Below, piece after piece: positions 46,701-56,176 of a DNA stretch of 64,000 bases. A program made the translations under genes and the position numbers. The notes under the pieces are model-generated. The model did not search any database. It saw only the letters and a program-made list of their open reading frames with translations, and had not been told where the DNA came from. Where the stretch lies: positions 1-64,000 of the IMG/VR virus record IMGVR_UViG_3300030117_007745; one strand, given 5' to 3'. The number at the start of each line of letters is the position of its first letter. The stretch's first letter is position 1. The stretch is from a virus.

Positions 46701-49700
46701 AAAGAACAGGGTCGTTAATTTTTTCATTGGCCTGCTTGTCAAGAAAATCAAACATAGCAGGATCCATTTTTTTACCTAAGCATTCAAAAAAGTCTGCTAT
46801 TTTTGATATGTCTTTCATCTTAGGTTGCTTCTGAATGGAAGGGTATGCAAACAATATTTGTTCTACTGTCTCTAAGGTTTCTTTTGAAGGGCTGCCGTCA
46901 AAAAGACCCAAGACTTCGGGAGTTGTTAGAGCCTCTGATATACTTACAAGCATATCATCTATAACTGCTTGTTCCGCAATCAACCCACAATTAACTAAAT
47001 CTTGTGAAGCGTTGTCTGAATAAGTATTAAGCAGATCTCCAATATTTTGAGCCCCATAATCTTTTAATCTAGTTTCTCCAGCTGTGCAATTTAACTCCGG
47101 GCATGTTAATAGAGCGTCCAACAATGCAGCTATTAGTTCCAATAAAATTTGCGCTAATGCAAATTCTAAAAGAGCCTTTAGTGCCTGTATTAGAGAGTCC
47201 AACAAATCAGTTGTTGGAAGCCTAAAAAACACTGAGGGTATTCTAAAGCAAAAAGAACAGAGTAGGTCTTCTACGGCAACTTGCTCCATAAAAGCGTCTC
47301 TGCCTTTAAAATTACCATCTTCATCAACAAAGTTATTATTAAAGCTGGCTCCTTTAGAATTAAAGATTTGCTTTGGATTGTTTTGTATCGTAGATGGATT
47401 TAAATTTAGTCCTCCCGAGCCTCCCGAAGCATTAATGGTCAGATTGGGGATGCCAATCTCTTCAGCGCCGATAACATCTAGAAAACATTTGCATATTTTG
47501 CTATATAACACCTCTGGCGTAATATAGTTTAATACGTATGCATACAGGTCATCTAAATCAAATATTTTACTTTTTATGTCTCTTAATGCAGCTCCGGATG
47601 ATAAAAAGTCTCCTACATATTGCTCTAATCTATCTGCCTCCTCGGCTAAAGCTCCCAAAAACTCACCATTCTCTGCGACAGTTGTTTCTTTGTCAATTTC
47701 TGATAGAAATTTAAAAAATGCTGTCCCTTTTCCGGGTGGAGGCTTTGGGCAGGGAGGGAAGAACTGTAGCAAACTAAATTGAAATGCACCTAAATCATAC
47801 CTTGGATTTAAATCTAAAAGTTCATCCAGTCTTTGTGCGACATTATTTATAATTTCTGTAAAAGGCGGCAAAGAGAAATATGAGAAGCCACATTTTTGTG
47901 ATGGCAAATCCAATGGCACAGGACCTTGTTTAGGAAGTATTTGAGGCTTTGGTTCCGGTAGCCATTGCTCAAATATTGTTTGCCACTTTAGAAGAGGGTT
48001 TTTTATATCCCTGTGATAGTATAAAAATGCCATTGTATATGGGAAAATAAAAGGCTCTTGTTGTTTAAAATAGTCGAACCCCACTGATAAAAGTTCTTCT
48101 TGTTTACTATTAACCTCGCTTGCATCTTCTATGTAAGACACGAATGTTAATTTAAAGTTATTGTCAAAACCAATATTTATTATATTATCACTTTGTTTAT
48201 TGATATCAAATCCGTTAGCTGCCACTATTTTCTTTATAGCAGTGGGGACAAAAGCTAGCCTCTCAGCTTCTTTAGCTAAATTTATGCCTTCAACAATAAA
48301 CTCTGAACTAAAAATGTCTAAATATATTTGATTCAAAGAGAACAGGGCTTGTTGTAGGTGCAAGTCAAAATATCTCGAATCTAATGAAAGTATTTTTGCA
48401 GACTTATTTTTTAGCTCTTGTAAGGATTCCTCTTTTGAGGGGAATGAATTAACATATATTCCTCCAACCTTTACCAATATTTTTACTTTTGCCCCGGGTC
48501 TAGCTGACAACATGTAATCTTCTGCTCTGACTACCAAGTAAGTTTCAACTAAATCTATCAATTCCTGATCGGTATAAGATTTATTTTGAAAATCTAATAT
48601 TTTTCTAAGTCCAAATTTTTTGGCCAATTCTTTTTGAGCTTCCAAATCTTGATCATCGACAATGCAATCATTCGGCATTGTAACACTAACCCAGTATTCC
48701 CCATCAGCTCTGTGATAATATGGCTGATCCATATCTCTATACCAAGTTGGGATTAGGGCCTCTGCCATTTCGGACATAAATGTCACAAGAGTTCCTTTAA
48801 GTGGCCGATTCGGAAATCTTTGCTCAAAGAATATTTTATAAGATGTTTTAGCGCTGGGTGATATAGGTCTTAAAAACTTTGGATGTATGAAACCCTCTTT
48901 CCCATTGTGAGTAGAGGAGGGGTCTCTTACAACAATCTTGTTATACTCGCCTTTGCCATTAACCCACTCTTTTAGAACTTTTACAGTTGTGTTATCATCT
49001 AAGTAGCCAACATTTGGCGCATTTGGGCCCGGGGCTTCTTTAAATCTAACTGTGGGAACATTGAAATCTGAAAGGCAAATGTAACTAGTTACAGCAAATA
49101 TGTCTTCTGGAGATTGTTCCAATATTTGGGTTGCTTTTTCTGTTACGACATCCGGTGGGAATGGGGGGCAGTCAAAATCTGGATTTGATCCAAAAAGAGA
49201 TGGAAAGTCATTCAAGTCCACTCCCAAAGAAGTAGAAAAATCATAATCTCCACTTTCATAAGTTTCAATTAAATCGGCAGATGAAACATTTCCATTTGAT
49301 TTTCCTAATAATTCTGTTATGACAAATCCTGCGTTCTCATACTCTTCTACAGTTCCATCAAAAGAAGCAACCCCTTGCCCAACCATGTCCATTATAAGTT
49401 TTCTTTCGTCAATATCAAGTTCAACAACGTATCTTACTTCAACATAGCCGTAATGGCCGAAGCCAGCAAAAGAAGGCTCTGCAATAATCTTTACAGCCGC
49501 AGATGTAACTTCTTCCATAGGCTTGTTTTTGTAACTTCCCAGTTGGGCTATTCCACTAGTTGTCTGGGGTGTATTGGAGCCAGCGAACGGATCAACGCGA
49601 GTTGCTATAGTTTGATTATCTGTGCATGGGTAAATCCTCAATCCCGTCACCCACTCTGGTATTCCATAGTTTACAATTGCCGTCAAAGATGGGTTCTGAG

Positions 49701-52245
49701 AAAAGGCTTCTTTTAATGCGTCTTCTTTATCTTTAAATTCGTTTAACTTTTTCCATTCAATTTGGCTAATTTCTTGTTTAGTGCCAGCATCATATTTCCA
49801 AATTGGAAATGCCAAAGGAGATTCTTGATTAATTTTAAGATCAGGTTGATCGCCACTGTCTCCATCTGTTTCATTGTAGTCCTTGATAACGAGGTTAGCG
49901 CTTTCACCAGTAAGGGAGCCAGTTTCCTTATAAATATCAATTTGATCTTGCTTAATGGTACCATCTTCACCCATGGCGATAGCAGGGAGGCTCGCATCGG
50001 ATAGGCCCAATTCTGAATATGTGAAGCCTTTAAGAAGAGCCTTTATCTCTTCAGATGATAAGTTCGGATTCAAGATAGAGGGATAATACATTGGGGCCGC
50101 AGGTGCATTAAAAACATCGACATCCAGCTCATTTGCTAGGGTTGCGGCTGGATTAAGATAAGCTAAAACATTGCCGGTCTGATAGCCAGATGGCCTTTTT
50201 AAGAACATATAACTCAACAACTTTGTGGAAAAAAATACAGATTTTTCCAACATGTTAAAGCCATCGTCAGAATCTGCATGCTTGCTGTATTCTCCAACCA
50301 TTTCACTCGGGATGTAATGAGATCCGCCGCCAGAAATATCTTCTGAATTAGGAAGAATTCCTTTTGTTTGCACCGGCAATTGTTCTTTTTGAAGTGGAGA
50401 AAAATACCCATTAACGGCAAATTGGTACTTATCGAAGTGGTATCCTCCTTTGCCTTGTGGATTTAAAAAATAGTCTAGGTGTAATTGTGTTTTAAATATG
50501 ACTGAGAACTTATTTCTGAAATATCGTATAGTAGGATCTTCATTTTGATTCTTGATGTCATAAAATGCTAGGGCTGCCTTTGTTTTGTCCAAAGAACCAA
50601 TTATGTGTGTTGGCCCTAACTTATCATATTTATAAGATTCAATTGGTTGGCTAGAAATTTGCTTAAATTCTTGAAGTTCCCATCCTAGTCTAAATTTCCT
50701 TAAAAAACTCTTGTTCTGTAATCCATCCGGAGATTCTAGGGCTTCTGGAGTTATTATGTCCGATGCATTAAGAGGTGTGCTAACTGTGCCACCTCCCGCC
50801 GGCGATGGTATGCGTCCCTGAGTCATAAACATAGGGACAACATCTCTAACATATTTAAAAATTCTCGGATATATTTTATTAAGAGTTTTAGCTGGATCTT
50901 CTCTAAAAGGCAATAAATTTTGTGGTGCTACGTCTAAATTTGATGGCACAAGCTTATAAAGAGATGCTATGTTGGCTGTTTTAAAATCGATTGGAACTTG
51001 AGAATCTGGGTCGTCTACTTGCTCGATATAGCTCGCAGGATAGTGTTGCCAATCAGAAGAATTGTTAAAAGTGTCGCCTAATGTCAAGGACAAAGAGTTT
51101 AGCAAACTATCATCTATAAAAGCGTTTGGAGTCATTTGCTGTCTCCAAGTGTAGTTTCCTAGGGTTGTTTGGGCACTGCTATATAGATAGAACGCTTTTG
51201 TTCCGGGGATATATTCTCCCTGATAGTTGAAATTGCCGTCTGCCGTTGATGGAGCCCATGCTCTGCTGTATGTTCTATCTATAGGATTGCTTTCGTGACT
51301 CCATTTCCCGTAAAATCTAAGGTCCATTTGTTGAAATCCTTCGATTGTGGAATCGTTTTCTACTTTAAGGCCGGAAGCTTGGGCGTCAACACCTATTGGC
51401 TCAACATATGAAAACGACCCTCCTATGGAGGCTTGGGTCTCGCCATTGCCCAAGGATCCGTGAAGAAAATTAAAAAACTCTTTCACAGGATTATAAGATG
51501 GAGACTCGGTATTTATAGCAGTTGTGTTAAGTTTTTCAGGAATTGTTCCAAAAATATTCTCGGGAGGAGATTGAGGGACATCATCAACAAAGGATGGCAA
51601 TTCTCCAAGTTCCCCAAGTTGATATAGGCCCTTTGCGTATTCAATGAAAACAGCCTTGGGAGTTGCATCAAACTCAGAAGCTCCCAGCTCGTTTCCCGGT
51701 AGATCTGCGTTGTCTGCCATAAAAATACTAGTGGCTCCATCTTCAACTTGTACAGAATTAAGGCCAAAGGACTTATCTCTACTTGCGACTCTACGGCGTA
51801 TCTGGAACCTATTGTCACCAAATTTTGTAGCATTTATTTGTAGATAATTCTCATCAACAAATATTCCGGAATTAAGGTTTGCCACTGGAAATCCGAAATA
51901 GTTATACAATAAGCCATATCTGATTGCCTTGCTCAAGGCACCATTTTCAGTAATTAATCTAGCAAAATCTTCAGGACCATAGTTTCTATAAACGTTTTGA
52001 AAAGACAACATCCCCTCTTTTCCCGGCACAGGAGAGGTTTCTTCAGCAACTGCATCGTATAAAGGCAATCTAATGACAACCGACGACTTTATCTTTATTG
52101 GATTATTTGGTGGCTTTTGTTTGAAATAGAATTTATTTGGCAGAAATGAATTGCTGTCAACAAGGTAGTCTTCTACGAGGTCTTGGCCTGCTAGTTTAAC
52201 TTCTTTATCGCCTATTACAACTATTTTAGGTGGTTTTATTGCCAT
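43771..52245 (-). CDS. Giant putative tail/baseplate-hub protein (2824 aa) with internal SH3b-like domain
   Basis: Sits between spike and gp25; VRFKEAPGPNAPNVGYL...VKVL...EGFIHPKFL is SH3b-like; helical Cys-containing C-terminal half. Confidence 0.55.
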   Translation of the reverse strand: MAIKPPKIVVIGDKEVKLAGQDLVEDYLVDSNSFLPNKFYFKQKPPNNPIKIKSSVVIRLPLYDAVAEETSPVPGKEGMLSFQNVYRNYGPEDFARLITENGALSKAIRYGLLYNYFGFPVANLNSGIFVDENYLQINATKFGDNRFQIRRRVASRDKSFGLNSVQVEDGATSIFMADNADLPGNELGASEFDATPKAVFIEYAKGLYQLGELGELPSFVDDVPQSPPENIFGTIPEKLNTTAINTESPSYNPVKEFFNFLHGSLGNGETQASIGGSFSYVEPIGVDAQASGLKVENDSTIEGFQQMDLRFYGKWSHESNPIDRTYSRAWAPSTADGNFNYQGEYIPGTKAFYLYSSAQTTLGNYTWRQQMTPNAFIDDSLLNSLSLTLGDTFNNSSDWQHYPASYIEQVDDPDSQVPIDFKTANIASLYKLVPSNLDVAPQNLLPFREDPAKTLNKIYPRIFKYVRDVVPMFMTQGRIPSPAGGGTVSTPLNASDIITPEALESPDGLQNKSFLRKFRLGWELQEFKQISSQPIESYKYDKLGPTHIIGSLDKTKAALAFYDIKNQNEDPTIRYFRNKFSVIFKTQLHLDYFLNPQGKGGYHFDKYQFAVNGYFSPLQKEQLPVQTKGILPNSEDISGGGSHYIPSEMVGEYSKHADSDDGFNMLEKSVFFSTKLLSYMFLKRPSGYQTGNVLAYLNPAATLANELDVDVFNAPAAPMYYPSILNPNLSSEEIKALLKGFTYSELGLSDASLPAIAMGEDGTIKQDQIDIYKETGSLTGESANLVIKDYNETDGDSGDQPDLKINQESPLAFPIWKYDAGTKQEISQIEWKKLNEFKDKEDALKEAFSQNPSLTAIVNYGIPEWVTGLRIYPCTDNQTIATRVDPFAGSNTPQTTSGIAQLGSYKNKPMEEVTSAAVKIIAEPSFAGFGHYGYVEVRYVVELDIDERKLIMDMVGQGVASFDGTVEEYENAGFVITELLGKSNGNVSSADLIETYESGDYDFSTSLGVDLNDFPSLFGSNPDFDCPPFPPDVVTEKATQILEQSPEDIFAVTSYICLSDFNVPTVRFKEAPGPNAPNVGYLDDNTTVKVLKEWVNGKGEYNKIVVRDPSSTHNGKEGFIHPKFLRPISPSAKTSYKIFFEQRFPNRPLKGTLVTFMSEMAEALIPTWYRDMDQPYYHRADGEYWVSVTMPNDCIVDDQDLEAQKELAKKFGLRKILDFQNKSYTDQELIDLVETYLVVRAEDYMLSARPGAKVKILVKVGGIYVNSFPSKEESLQELKNKSAKILSLDSRYFDLHLQQALFSLNQIYLDIFSSEFIVEGINLAKEAERLAFVPTAIKKIVAANGFDINKQSDNIINIGFDNNFKLTFVSYIEDASEVNSKQEELLSVGFDYFKQQEPFIFPYTMAFLYYHRDIKNPLLKWQTIFEQWLPEPKPQILPKQGPVPLDLPSQKCGFSYFSLPPFTEIINNVAQRLDELLDLNPRYDLGAFQFSLLQFFPPCPKPPPGKGTAFFKFLSEIDKETTVAENGEFLGALAEEADRLEQYVGDFLSSGAALRDIKSKIFDLDDLYAYVLNYITPEVLYSKICKCFLDVIGAEEIGIPNLTINASGGSGGLNLNPSTIQNNPKQIFNSKGASFNNNFVDEDGNFKGRDAFMEQVAVEDLLCSFCFRIPSVFFRLPTTDLLDSLIQALKALLEFALAQILLELIAALLDALLTCPELNCTAGETRLKDYGAQNIGDLLNTYSDNASQDLVNCGLIAEQAVIDDMLVSISEALTTPEVLGLFDGSPSKETLETVEQILFAYPSIQKQPKMKDISKIADFFECLGKKMDPAMFDFLDKQANEKINDPVLCTELATKAKKLLKDKCGDIPGFDDIADKNLNHDIDKYKNLAKIIRDNDDLSSQLPPLFTDGKGTQGLLSGQKAETADFALQKALDSIIITAEPKLIENSIGLTKPKRNKLVKGSDVLEEIVRLPDTLALPLAIGTSKDIYENELIEFTMPDGGKKSVDQFLFNISQGLNFADAKEDNTFKLNLSDEDFVHFILNPPAADEETGQKIYTNNYQVRIKGLPNLGAFGIDVMVSGDEMPPLGDDVKQFLQKFSLKGETPEQAQFFSSLLLQSLGLSSTNDDGIVEIPDNATTNIVKELFEGDVYYSILSSMLEKMAQTCGDSNLLKKYGIQPFSDAAIVLFSMNPLFLTVQTQEILTYQLMGAPNPTAADFTVEYFLPDLFRCEIENLNLTKVGSKVGPQTFVDFNYGSELAKQAYDFSKYHDPNSDVIGMPHFAILEAVISWTMQLFIGETLVKSIAILPFFPKELFFNELYVQFVVAQYRSWLLKQLDGTDQRWFNLVTRIVYEKPEFTPVPGSNKPALAGEFGGGAPAAINGSIYDTQLGREVPITSWQDATAYYIRQNFERPLEFLKTRLKETELKAYPMDTEVNPFNFICHKNLREIHTSNFEMYDGLQENLASTLFGPEAIHEFKNGKFVFQFYYRFEELEPGDPLYNERLVARDAFKTDPLGGGQFDPDADEVEDAGPDDSPPDARLKGILNNFGISNLWKIMSNGPFNVADGTYEISIQDQQKPFHDFFKSIKLGVRLVYALVDSSEEIKDEDGNPVKIIDQDVPQKPEIKKLKEDLIVTLLANNAQNPELIDFQLREKCLLVTEQVSGEGNPIVKTNIIFPIFSKEIDVPKSENSPFSASVDSYIAEDENFAESTLIKLTKYAKDFQGAEIIKKLVSEMSTGPEMRALFTYSIPISKMVSMLAIYNALAVNQDKDLESSFDETKEILKQSIQSIYDVKGSKSYAYEPAYVKEKGGERGIASSASSKVNED

Positions 52246-52267
52246 TATTTACTTTACCTGTTCTTTA

Positions 52268-53239
52268 CTAGTTTACATGATTCGCTTTGCTATTTATATA
52301 CCTAGCACCATATGGATTTAAAAATTCAATCTCTTCAGAAATATTATTAAAAGTTTGTACAATCTGAGATGGTATATCAGAAACTATTCTCTTTATCTGA
52401 GAATTGATTGTATAAATACCAAGTTCGATTGAAGGGATTGCTACTCCGGGACCTGCTGCGCCGCCTGTGGTGTGTGTATGGCAAGCTAGCATAGATTCTA
52501 GAGCTGCCTGACCTAGGGTTAGCGAATGAATCATCTGAGCCAGTCTTCTACTATCGTCTACCATATACTTTAATAACTGCGCTAAATTTTCACCCTTTAC
52601 CATTGGCTGCAAATCTGAATCATCATCTCCGGCGATGATGTCAACACCAAGTATAACATCCATTCTTCCGCCCATTGAATTTTTTTCATCAGGTCTGGTA
52701 ACCAATTTTATACCTTCTCTGGCCATAATTCTAACATTATCGGCCTTGATTCCTATACCAGATCTACCTCTGGGGTTTCCAATTTTTCCGGGAACTAATC
52801 CAAAATTTAAATCTATGTCTGTTCTTTCTGAAATATATATTCTCGCTGAGTCTGCTACAAAATCATTATCGACTTTTAGTGTTTTATCTTTTTTGTCAAC
52901 TCTCCTAGCATTTCTCCCTGATCTACCTACTACTAAATCAATTGCACTAGCGCCGCCAGCACCGATTCCGCCATATCCGCTGCCGGCCTCTCCGGGTCGG
53001 TCGCGGCCTAAAACTATGTAACTATTGTTTTGCCCTTCGTATACTGTCTCGCATTCTACTTCATTAAAAATTGGTTTTGGTTCAATCTTTTTTTTACCCA
53101 TCAAACCGCTAGCATGATAGAAGAATGGTTCTTCTGGAATCTGATCGAGTCTTTCTTTTAAGTTTTTAGACAGGGCTTCAATATAGGGTCCTTCATTAAG
53201 CTGAACTCTTTCCCCACCATCGTCATATGATATTCCCAT
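52268..53239 (-). CDS. Baseplate central spike (gp5 C-terminal/gpV-like)
   Basis: Beta-rich body, QPMVKGENL and HTH (HxH metal-binding tip) motif. Confidence 0.6.
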   Translation of the reverse strand: MGISYDDGGERVQLNEGPYIEALSKNLKERLDQIPEEPFFYHASGLMGKKKIEPKPIFNEVECETVYEGQNNSYIVLGRDRPGEAGSGYGGIGAGGASAIDLVVGRSGRNARRVDKKDKTLKVDNDFVADSARIYISERTDIDLNFGLVPGKIGNPRGRSGIGIKADNVRIMAREGIKLVTRPDEKNSMGGRMDVILGVDIIAGDDDSDLQPMVKGENLAQLLKYMVDDSRRLAQMIHSLTLGQAALESMLACHTHTTGGAAGPGVAIPSIELGIYTINSQIKRIVSDIPSQIVQTFNNISEEIEFLNPYGARYINSKANHVN

Positions 53240-53253
53240 AGATCTACCTCCCC

Positions 53254-54642
53254 TTATGCAACCGCTTCTGATTTTGGAAGTGCTTTGTATTTTAATATCA
53301 CTTCGTAGTCTTCCTTGCCATCACTACCTTTAACGCTTGCATAGGTACCATCCGCCAGATTCAAACGCAATTCTGCGGCAATTTTTCCTGTTGCTTTGCC
53401 GGATGGGCCCAAATTTCCCCCCGCTAATAATGCCCTGTCGCCCTCTATTTTATAAACCACATCGCCATGGCTGGCTGCCGGTTGTTTCTTATTGTTCTTT
53501 GGAAATCTTGGTTTTACTAGAATATCCCCAATGTTTGCCACAATTTTACCGGGCTGATCTCCTAATAATGAGTATGCTTTCCATGGACTACTTGCGGAGG
53601 TTTTTCCCTTTGTATCACCATTGGCACCAATATAAAAATAATGTGATTGCCTACCAGAAAATTCTAAATCTCTAAAAATATAAGAAATAAATGCAGCGCT
53701 CCATGGTGCATCGTTTTTGTATTTCTTAGCTGGGTTTGCGTTTACGTTCTTCCAGTATTCTGCTATCCTGTCATACTCGGGCCGGCCGGGCTTATACTTT
53801 CCATTTCCCTCGTGCTTGCCATTCCAAAAATCTAATTCTTCTTGGGCTGCTTTGGTGACTTCTGTGTAATCTGTTCCCACTATAATCTTTCCTTCAGGGA
53901 TTACTCTATCTTTATTAGCTAATCTCTCAGAGATTTTAGTTATAAAATTTTTAGCGTATCCGGGGGGAGGCGCTGTTCCAGTGTACTCTGAGCCGTCTCC
54001 TTCTTCCACTTCTTCTTCGCCGCCGGGGGCTGTCTCCTCCGGCGGTACAGTTTCTTCTTTTTTAAATGCCTCGGTAGATAAAATAGTTTCTCTTGCGGGA
54101 AGCTGGGGTGTTCTGCTATCAACGATATCAATATAGATTCCACCATTCATCGTTTCTTTATTCTGAAAGTCAACCCACACCAATTGCCCCCTAGATGGCA
54201 CACTGACTTCAGCTGTTTGCGCTGTGAACAAAGGATATTGATTTATGATGTCATGATCGGGACTAGAAGTAGAATCATTTGGTAAGTCTTGAGGTATTGG
54301 CAAGCATGCATGAATTTCAGGTACTCTGACTCTAATTTGCACGAGGGCCGGCCCATCTGATGCTATATCGCCATGGATAATTGAATTTGTTGTCGCATGC
54401 CAACTAGTTGGGTCCATTGCAGCACCTTGATTTGTATACCCCTCAACTCTTAAAACTATTCCAACCATCGGGCCCGGGTTTGCTAGGTCCTGTGTTCCAA
54501 GTGTATCTTTGGCAGTTTTCATCATCGTGCTAAAAAAACTGACTTCATCAGTATCATAACTTTTTTTATGCTGACTATCAAAAGACGGGTTTAGGACTCC
54601 GTACCCTGCGTCAAGCATTTTATATCTACTAACCATCGCCAA
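53254..54642 (-). CDS. Baseplate hub protein: gp5-like OB-fold + DUF2272 (CHAP/NlpC-P60-like) cell-wall hydrolase
   Basis: IRVRVPE...PSRGQLVWVDF OB-fold; PWSAAFISY...HYFYI...GDIL...SHGDVV...GGN. Confidence 0.65.
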   Translation of the reverse strand: MAMVSRYKMLDAGYGVLNPSFDSQHKKSYDTDEVSFFSTMMKTAKDTLGTQDLANPGPMVGIVLRVEGYTNQGAAMDPTSWHATTNSIIHGDIASDGPALVQIRVRVPEIHACLPIPQDLPNDSTSSPDHDIINQYPLFTAQTAEVSVPSRGQLVWVDFQNKETMNGGIYIDIVDSRTPQLPARETILSTEAFKKEETVPPEETAPGGEEEVEEGDGSEYTGTAPPPGYAKNFITKISERLANKDRVIPEGKIIVGTDYTEVTKAAQEELDFWNGKHEGNGKYKPGRPEYDRIAEYWKNVNANPAKKYKNDAPWSAAFISYIFRDLEFSGRQSHYFYIGANGDTKGKTSASSPWKAYSLLGDQPGKIVANIGDILVKPRFPKNNKKQPAASHGDVVYKIEGDRALLAGGNLGPSGKATGKIAAELRLNLADGTYASVKGSDGKEDYEVILKYKALPKSEAVA

Positions 54643-54919
54643 CCCCCTTTATAAGATCAAATAGTTCATTTTTATCTTGATCCGTCAGTCCCTGTTCTGC
54701 TCCGGCTTTCTTTTGTAGCAATGCACTAATCTTTACTAATTGCTCATTTGATCTTTGCAAAGTTTCAACGTATTTTGCTGCTATAGTGCCGACAGATCCC
54801 TTTTTGTCATCGTCTTTTTTCATATACTCCATCAACTCCATTAATAAAGTTGTGGTGATTGCTCTATCGCTACGTATGTTTTTAATTGCTTCGTCTATGT
54901 ATGCTTCCAAATCTTTCAT
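54629..54919 (-). CDS. Conserved hypothetical helical protein
   Basis: 96-aa ORF, first gene after the late motif. Confidence 0.7.
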   Translation of the reverse strand: MKDLEAYIDEAIKNIRSDRAITTTLLMELMEYMKKDDDKKGSVGTIAAKYVETLQRSNEQLVKISALLQKKAGAEQGLTDQDKNELFDLIKGVGDG

Positions 54920-54926
54920 AACAAAA

Positions 54927-54935
54927 ATAAATAGT
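54927..54935 (-). promoter_or_regulatory. Putative late promoter ACTATTTAT heading the baseplate module
   Basis: Intergenic, 7 nt before ATG 54919, no SD. Confidence 0.6.
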
Positions 54936-54952
54936 TGTGCATTAAAAAAGTA

Positions 54953-55636
54953 TTATAAATCGCCTCTGTCCCATTTCTTTTTAAAAACTCTATATTTTAT
55001 TCTCATCTTGTTTAGATTGTTGACTACCTGTTTTGTATTAAGGCCAGTAATCTCTCTTATATAAAAATATATTGCTTTTTTATTAAAAATGTCTATTCGA
55101 TCTGGGTTTGAGAAAATTAATCTAATTGCCTCGTATACCTTCTCTTCATTAGGCTTCATGTTAGAAGTTTCCCAAGAATTAACCTCTTGCCAAAAACTCA
55201 TCCAAAATTCCTTTTCAACCCTCTTTGATTCATATTCATTTACAACAGTAAATTGTCTTATCTCTACATTTTTTGGTATTTGATCAAACTTTACTTCTCT
55301 TTTGTTTTCTAAAGTTGTTTTTTTAACCTTGTGGATAAACCAATTTTTAGTAATAACACTAAAATATGAAAAAGCTTTAGAGCCTTTGTTTGGATCGTAC
55401 TTATCTAATATGGTTGTAAGCCATATCTTACAATCATCTTTTAGCACTTCTATGTTTGGGAGGTTGGTAAATTTATAAGTGTAGATAATTTTATCTACCA
55501 TTTCACTAAATGCAGGCTCTATATATTCAATATATAAATCAGTTCTTATCTTTATATCATTTGTATTCGCATACTTAACGATTGCATCTTCATGAACCTG
55601 TGTAAAGTATAAGTTTTTCTTTTTTGCTTTTGGCAT
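54953..55636 (-). CDS. Phage late-transcription sigma factor (T4 gp55-like)
   Basis: YFT..., KYDPNKGSKAFSYFSVITKNWFI resembles the gp55/sigma region-2 motif (F/YDP.K...FAYFT.I); C-terminal helical segment. Confidence 0.7.
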   Translation of the reverse strand: MPKAKKKNLYFTQVHEDAIVKYANTNDIKIRTDLYIEYIEPAFSEMVDKIIYTYKFTNLPNIEVLKDDCKIWLTTILDKYDPNKGSKAFSYFSVITKNWFIHKVKKTTLENKREVKFDQIPKNVEIRQFTVVNEYESKRVEKEFWMSFWQEVNSWETSNMKPNEEKVYEAIRLIFSNPDRIDIFNKKAIYFYIREITGLNTKQVVNNLNKMRIKYRVFKKKWDRGDL

Positions 55637-55935
55637 TATTCTTGTTCTTCATCTTCTAGGCCTTCGTTCGTTAGTGTATAGATGTCTTCAAATTCTTTTA
55701 TATCTTCTATTACTTGCTTTGAGTGCCTGATCAAAGAACCTAGTGTTTCGTCTCCATAATATGTCTCCAAGGAATGTAAATTATCCAAGTGACTAGAGAA
55801 ATTTTTGGCACTAACCAATAAAGATCCAATGCTATCAGAAACGTATAACAATTTTGCTAGCATCTTCCTAATATACCATATTAAAAGTGCGTTAATTCCC
55901 AAAGATAGAACTAGGGAAAAGATAAGTATACTCAA
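55636..55935 (-). CDS. Membrane-anchored hypothetical protein
   Basis: N-terminal TM helix; YYGDETL motif. Confidence 0.65.
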   Translation of the reverse strand: MSILIFSLVLSLGINALLIWYIRKMLAKLLYVSDSIGSLLVSAKNFSSHLDNLHSLETYYGDETLGSLIRHSKQVIEDIKEFEDIYTLTNEGLEDEEQE

Positions 55936-56174
55936 TTTTTATACTCCTTTCTCATTTGTTCTTTATCCTCACGAACTTGCTGCTTGGCATCTTCAATGTG
56001 CTGCTTAACAACTTTACCAGCGTTATTGCTATTTAAATAAATTGGGACTTCTGGTATTTTATTTAGTGCATTTTGGGCCCCGCATGCTTCGCAGTCAGTT
56101 CGGTCCTCACTCATTGAATGAAAAACCTCAAAAACCTCTTCACATTCAGAGCACTCATACACATAGCTAGGCAT
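55932..56174 (-). CDS. FmdB-family zinc-ribbon protein
   Basis: MPSYVYECSEC..VFE...SMSE...CEACG. Confidence 0.85.
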   Translation of the reverse strand: MPSYVYECSECEEVFEVFHSMSEDRTDCEACGAQNALNKIPEVPIYLNSNNAGKVVKQHIEDAKQQVREDKEQMRKEYKN

Positions 56175-56176
56175 TA

